Assembly (NCBI GenBank): GCA_964551495.1
Contig: CAZKCA010000003.1
Coordinates: 4,535-68,534, forward strand
Length of the DNA: 64,000 nt
Origin: an uncultured Candidatus Saccharibacteria bacterium
GTDB taxonomy: Bacteria; Patescibacteriota; Minisyncoccia; Phycocordibacterales; DATDWN01
Direction of reading: 5' to 3'
The notes beneath the pieces are model-generated. The model had not been told where the DNA came from, ran no database searches, and saw only the letters and a list, made by a program, of their open reading frames with translations. Shown here piece by piece: positions 59,391 through 64,000 of this stretch (within the stretch, counting starts at the first letter, position 1; each line of letters opens with the position of its first letter). Position numbers and translations under genes: made by a program.

Positions 59391-59475
59391 GCGCGAGTGG
59401 CGAAATTAGAAGACGCACTGCCATGAGGTGGCAGCACTCTAGGGTGTGCAGGTGCAAGTCCTGTCTCGCGCACCA
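59391..59475 (+). tRNA. tRNA-Leu(GAG)
   Basis: GCGCGAG acceptor, CTGCC-ATGAGGT-GGCAG, variable arm, GGTGCAAGTCC, encoded CCA. Confidence 0.88.
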
Positions 59476-59535
59476 GAATTGAATTAAGTGGTTTTTCTGG
59501 AAAGTTGTTATATTATTTTGCTATAATAGAATCTC

Positions 59536-60198
59536 ATGAATTCTTTCCAGATAAAGGTATTGGCTGTGGCCTCTATGATAGTTGACCATGTTGGATTTGT
59601 TTTCTTTCCGCAGGTTACAATACTTCGAGTTTTTGGAAGACTAGCTTTTCCTTTGTTTGCTCTTCTTATAAGTGAAGGTTTTATAAAAACTAGCAACAGA
59701 AGAAGATATTTTTTTAGACTGACCACTTTTGCTATATATTCACATATCCCTTATATATTTATGATTCGTGCTGGTGGTGGGGTGGGGTATCAGATAAATA
59801 TATTTTTTACACTGAGCGCAGGTCTTTTGTGTTTGATCCTGTTGGATAAATATAAAAATATTTTTATTCGGGTTTTTATTGTAGGATTTGCTCTACTTGT
59901 GGCTATGTATTTCAGATTTGAATATGGTGCATATGGAATACTTCTAATTCTTTCAAGTTATCTATTTATCAAATCACATACAAAAGGTTTAATGGCTATT
60001 TTGCCAATAAGTCTTACAAATGCTTTTTATAGAGCATATTATCTAGGTACTTATCTACAAGTTTATGCTTTAGCTGCCATTCCTTTTATGTATATGTATA
60101 ATGGCCAAAAAGGTCCAGACGGTTATAGAAATTGGTTTTATTATATTTATCCTGTTCATATGCTTGCCATTGCTTTATTAGCTTATTTGATAAAATAA
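59536..60198 (+). CDS. TraX family membrane acyltransferase-like protein
   Basis: K..A..SM.VDH, GRLAFPLF...EGF..T, YNGQKG, FY..YPVH. Confidence 0.9.
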   Translation: MNSFQIKVLAVASMIVDHVGFVFFPQVTILRVFGRLAFPLFALLISEGFIKTSNRRRYFFRLTTFAIYSHIPYIFMIRAGGGVGYQINIFFTLSAGLLCLILLDKYKNIFIRVFIVGFALLVAMYFRFEYGAYGILLILSSYLFIKSHTKGLMAILPISLTNAFYRAYYLGTYLQVYALAAIPFMYMYNGQKGPDGYRNWFYYIYPVHMLAIALLAYLIK

Positions 60199-60202
60199 AT
60201 TT

Positions 60203-60754
60203 ATGTTATATACAAGAAAAGGGGACGATGGAACAACAAAAACTTTTGAAGCAAAACAAAGAATTTCTAAAAGTTCTTCTGTGGCAGAAGCCCTTGGTTC
60301 ATTAGATGAGATAAATTCTTTTTTAGGTTTATGCAAGGTCAGATCAAAGGAGCTTGGTTTTAAAGTAGGCGACAGAAATTTTGATGAAATTGTCCATCAA
60401 ATACAAAAAAATCTTTTTATTGCCCAAGCAGAGATAGCCGGATCAAAAATGTCTATAACTGAGGACAAGGTTAAAGATGTAGAATCAACAATAGATTACA
60501 TAGAAAAATTACTACCACCCATAACAACATTTTTTATTTCTGGAGGGTCAGAATTAGCAGCCACCTTTGATATTGCAAGAACTATTTCTAGGAGAGCAGA
60601 AAGAAGGGTAGTAGCTGTTTTTGAAGAAGGAGAGGTTTCTGTAGGACAATACACAAAAGCCTATTTAAATCGTTTATCTAGTATACTTTATGCTCTAGCT
60701 AGACTTTCAAACCATTTATCTGGTATAAATGAGGAAGCTCCTGATTATAAATAG
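60203..60754 (+). CDS. cob(I)alamin adenosyltransferase, PduO type
   Basis: YTRKGDDGTT, G.LDE.NS.LG, ART..RRAER, YLNRLSS. Confidence 0.92.
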   Translation: MLYTRKGDDGTTKTFEAKQRISKSSSVAEALGSLDEINSFLGLCKVRSKELGFKVGDRNFDEIVHQIQKNLFIAQAEIAGSKMSITEDKVKDVESTIDYIEKLLPPITTFFISGGSELAATFDIARTISRRAERRVVAVFEEGEVSVGQYTKAYLNRLSSILYALARLSNHLSGINEEAPDYK

Positions 60755-60763
60755 GAGAATAAT

Positions 60764-60838
60764 GGTGGCTATGGTGTAGCGGTAGCACGCGAGCTTGTGG
60801 AGCTCTCTGTCTGGGTTCAACTCCCAGTAGCCACCCCA
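60764..60838 (+). tRNA. tRNA-His(GTG)
   Basis: G-1, GAGC-TTGTGGA-GCTC, C discriminator, encoded CCA. Confidence 0.95.
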
Positions 60839-61228
60839 GTGAATTTATCTAATAAAAATTTTTATAAAACATCTGCAAATTTTGTTTTTGTTTTGCATTT
60901 TGTGCTTGTTTTAATTGTTGTTTTTGGCTGGCTTGCCCCAGGACAGTTTTTCTACGTTTTTCTAACTTTTTTTGCTCTTACTCTTATTTCTGAAATTACT
61001 TTTGGATATTGTGTTTTGACTAAAATAGAGTTTGACTTAAGAAGAAAAATTGACCCAAATCAAAAATTTGATAAATCTTGCATAGCTCATTATGTCCGCA
61101 AATGGAAAGGTCTTCCTCCTAGAGAACCTTTTGTTGGTCAAAAAAACTTTTTTCAAAAAAATTCTTTTATATTTATCATGCTAGGACTGCTGATCATTAG
61201 TTTGTTGTGGAGGGTTTTTGTATATTAA
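60839..61228 (+). CDS. DUF2784 family membrane protein
   Basis: 'LHF...VFGW', 'C.LTK.E..LR'; start GTG directly after tRNA-His CCA. Confidence 0.75.
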   Translation: MNLSNKNFYKTSANFVFVLHFVLVLIVVFGWLAPGQFFYVFLTFFALTLISEITFGYCVLTKIEFDLRRKIDPNQKFDKSCIAHYVRKWKGLPPREPFVGQKNFFQKNSFIFIMLGLLIISLLWRVFVY

Positions 61229-61255
61229 AACACAATCTATTGTTATAATATACAT

Positions 61256-61768
61256 ATGAAAAAGTTTTTTGGTCTGTTATTTATTTTAGTTTTAATACTT
61301 TTAGCTTTTTTGCTTGGTGTTAGTTTAAAAAAAGAAAATAAATATATTCCACCTGAGGCTGTTGCTATTATGTTTTTCAGAAATCTTTCAGATGGTAAAT
61401 ACGAAGAAGCTTTAAAATATTATGGAGGTAGTTTTGAAACTTTGCAAAACTGGAATCCGGAAGTTTCTTCATCTGATCAACTTGAATTAATAAAAAGAGG
61501 CTGTGAACAAAATGGTCTTAATTGTCTTCCTTTGAGAACAATAATTATTGACCCTTCAATTTCTGTTCAAGGTTTAAATGAAGAAGGTTTATATGACAGA
61601 ATTACACCTTATACTGTTACTTTTGAAAAAAAAGAAGGGGGTTTGTTTGAAGTAGGTCCTTGTTGTGGAGAAGAAGACACAGGAGAAAGATTTAGTCAGT
61701 TTACTGTTTTTATTGCTGAAAAAGAAGGAAGTTACATTGTTTTAACACTACCACCTTATACTCCTTAA
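61256..61768 (+). CDS. exported hypothetical protein
   Basis: N-terminal TM, GPCCG motif. Confidence 0.75.
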   Translation: MKKFFGLLFILVLILLAFLLGVSLKKENKYIPPEAVAIMFFRNLSDGKYEEALKYYGGSFETLQNWNPEVSSSDQLELIKRGCEQNGLNCLPLRTIIIDPSISVQGLNEEGLYDRITPYTVTFEKKEGGLFEVGPCCGEEDTGERFSQFTVFIAEKEGSYIVLTLPPYTP

Positions 61769-62733
61769 TACTTTATTAAAGTGGTTAGAACAAAAATTAG
61801 ATAGATGGACAAAAGAATTACACTTTCTTTTGTTGTAATTTTTTGTTGGGTTTTTGTTGATATAAAAAAAGCAATAATAGCTAGACTTAGAAATATTCTA
61901 CTTATCGCAAAAGAATCCAAACTTGAGGTACTTATTGGGTTTATTATTGTTACTATTCCTAAAATAAGAGAGGCTGGAATAATAACTGCCCCCATGAGGT
62001 TACCAAGTATCATAAAAGTTTCTCCTCTTTTGGCTGAATAGATTGCAAAATACACTTCAGGTAAGGCGCTTCCAAAACCTATTATAAGAGAGCCAACAAT
62101 AACCAAAGGTAAACCAAAACTGCTTGCTATGAATGTTGAAGAAAGGACAATTCCTTGGGCAGAAATAAAAAGAAGAAAAGCTCCAGAAAATATTTTGAAT
62201 GTGTCTTTTAATCCTTCTCTAACGCTCATTATCATACTGTGCTTAGGTTCAGGGTCTATTGTTTTTGAAAATCTTTCTCTTTTTGAAAATAACCAAAATA
62301 TATAAATAAAGAAAAAAAGTATCAATATAAAACCGTCGGGTCTAGAAAGTGTTCCGTCGAGTATTAGTATTATTGGCAATATTGCAGCCCCAAATGTAAA
62401 AATAGAAGTTGATTGAATTGTTCTGCTTTCAGCAGAGATCTCTTTATTTGGAGAAAATAATACAGCTAAACCAACAGCAAGAGTTAAAGCAATTAGATTG
62501 TTACCCATTATGTCACCAAATGAAAGTTCAGGTATGCCTTGCAGTGCGGAAGTTACTCCAACAAAAAGATTTGGTAATGAAGCCGCAACTGCCATAACAA
62601 AAAAGGCTACAACAAATTCTTTTAATCCAAAAAATCTCGATAATCTAACTAAACCATTAACAATTATTTCTCCGGAAAAGTATAAAAGTCCACAAGAAGA
62701 AAGAAAGATAATTATATTTATAAAAAATTCCAT
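61765..62733 (-). CDS. sodium:calcium antiporter (YrbG-like)
   Basis: Two alpha repeats: A.SLPN...GDIMGNN and GSALPE...GNLMGA. Confidence 0.88.
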   Translation of the reverse strand: MEFFINIIIFLSSCGLLYFSGEIIVNGLVRLSRFFGLKEFVVAFFVMAVAASLPNLFVGVTSALQGIPELSFGDIMGNNLIALTLAVGLAVLFSPNKEISAESRTIQSTSIFTFGAAILPIILILDGTLSRPDGFILILFFFIYIFWLFSKRERFSKTIDPEPKHSMIMSVREGLKDTFKIFSGAFLLFISAQGIVLSSTFIASSFGLPLVIVGSLIIGFGSALPEVYFAIYSAKRGETFMILGNLMGAVIIPASLILGIVTIINPISTSSLDSFAISRIFLSLAIIAFFISTKTQQKITTKESVILLSIYLIFVLTTLIKY

Positions 62734-62804
62734 AATAATTAGATTTTAACATTTTTATAAAAAATTGGATGTAAACATTTGTTATATAGGATATAATTAT
62801 TCTT

Positions 62805-63293
62805 ATGAAAAATTCAAAAAATATTATTATTGTTTTAATAGCGGTTTTAATACTAGCTGTTCTTTTTTATGTTTATTTTGCTGCTAGGGTAAATAATCAG
62901 AATATTAATTCTGAGACACCCGAAACACAGGAGACAAATCAAAACACACAAACCCAAAATAACACATCTAATAATAGGGAAGCATCAACAAAAGCAGAGA
63001 GCAAATCATTTATAGGAATAGATGGTATTTATGTTGTTAGATATACAGATGAGGGTTTTGTTCCTTCTAGTATACAAATAGCAAAAGGTAAAAGTATTCG
63101 TTTTGTAAATCAATCTTCAAAAGGTATGAGAATTTTCTTTGAGGAGCAATCACAAACAGGCACAAAAGAATATAATCAACCAGAAACAGTTGGAAATGGT
63201 TCTACATACACAATGTCTTTTGTTAACGGTGGTTTGTGGGTTTATTACAATAGTACCTTTCCAACACACAGGGCTAATATTTTAGTCTATTAA
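62805..63293 (+). CDS. membrane-anchored cupredoxin-like protein
   Basis: GF.PS.I.I.KG..I.F.N, G.W.Y. Confidence 0.7.
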   Translation: MKNSKNIIIVLIAVLILAVLFYVYFAARVNNQNINSETPETQETNQNTQTQNNTSNNREASTKAESKSFIGIDGIYVVRYTDEGFVPSSIQIAKGKSIRFVNQSSKGMRIFFEEQSQTGTKEYNQPETVGNGSTYTMSFVNGGLWVYYNSTFPTHRANILVY

Positions 63294-63299
63294 AAAAAT

Positions 63300-63827
63300 A
63301 TGAGTGATTTTATTTCTTATCTTGAAACTAAAAAGTATCAAACTAAATATAGGGCTCATTTTATAACTATTACTTCTGATATAGAAGAAGTAATAAAAAA
63401 ATCTGGAGTCAAAAGAGGTTCTGTTGTTGTTCAAACACACCACACAACTTGTGGTGTTTGGATAAATGAAGATGAAAAAAACCTAATAGGTCCTTCTGAG
63501 GAATTAGGTTATACCGCTGATTTAAAAAAGATTCTAGATAATTTTGCCAGCCCTACTTTAGAATATGGTCATAATGATGTTTGTGATCCAGCAAATCCAA
63601 ACGGAAAAAGAAATACTCATCTTTGTGAACCAGATGAAGATGGGATAATCCACGAGTGTATAAACGGTCATTCTCATGCGCAAGCTCTATTAATACACCC
63701 GTCCCTCTCTTGCATTGTAGAAGATGGAAAGCTATTAAAAGGCCATTGGCAACAAATAATGCTTGTTGAACTTGACCATGACAGGGAAAGAACTATATCT
63801 TTCCTGGTACAAGGTATAAAAGGTTAA
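63300..63827 (+). CDS. YjbQ (UPF0047) family protein
   Basis: HTT....NE, NGHSH, G.WQ.I...ELD..R.R. Confidence 0.9.
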   Translation: MSDFISYLETKKYQTKYRAHFITITSDIEEVIKKSGVKRGSVVVQTHHTTCGVWINEDEKNLIGPSEELGYTADLKKILDNFASPTLEYGHNDVCDPANPNGKRNTHLCEPDEDGIIHECINGHSHAQALLIHPSLSCIVEDGKLLKGHWQQIMLVELDHDRERTISFLVQGIKG

Positions 63828-63836
63828 ATTAAAAAC

Positions 63837-64000
63837 ATGAACATACTAAAGGCTTCCAAAGATTATGAACTCCTAGACAGTGGGGAAGGTTTAAAACTTG
63901 AAAGATATGGTCAATTTAAAATTTCTCGACCAGATCCTCAGGCTATTTGGAACAAGAATAAAAATGAAGCTTGGGATAATTTAGATTTTGTTTTTGAGCA
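63837..64000 (+). CDS. SAM-dependent methyltransferase (RlmI/RlmK-like), 5' part
   Basis: DYELLDSGEG.KLERYG....RPDPQAIW; truncated by window end. Confidence 0.8.
   Translation, partial: MNILKASKDYELLDSGEGLKLERYGQFKISRPDPQAIWNKNKNEAWDNLDFVFE

Noticed and set aside
1-64000. Second VR target elsewhere in the window
   Set aside because: No other copy of the IMH-like GGTTCCGCGTCGGCTTTCG noticed by eye; remote targets outside the window remain possible

Overview
This window is AT-rich bacterial chromosome. Its gene content points to Patescibacteria/CPR, most likely Parcubacteria. It spans the replication origin (yidC-rnpA-rpmH-dnaA-oriC-dnaN), preceded by a VirB6/PrgI/VirB4/pilin T4SS-like cluster. 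It also holds housekeeping genes (pbp1A, tyrS, ruvABC, polA, holA, mutM, rpsT, rplS), type IV pilus genes, eight tRNAs and a probable 6S RNA. A visibly GC-richer ~19 kb island (34394-53296) is inserted at the 3' end of tRNA-Ser(TGA), bounded by an 18-bp direct repeat. The island carries two DNA methyltransferases, a large serine recombinase and an ECF sigma/Hsp20/ClpG/DegP stress module. It also carries a complete diversity-generating retroelement (DGR): VR 40738-40868 and TR 41282-41412 differ at 17 positions, all TR adenines. The DGR layout is unusual. avd is inverted between TR and RT and shares the palindrome CATG with the RT start codon, TR appears to have its own promoter and structured leader, and the hairpin after the VR contains a perfect DnaA box. 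All calls come from reading the sequence; no database searches were run.
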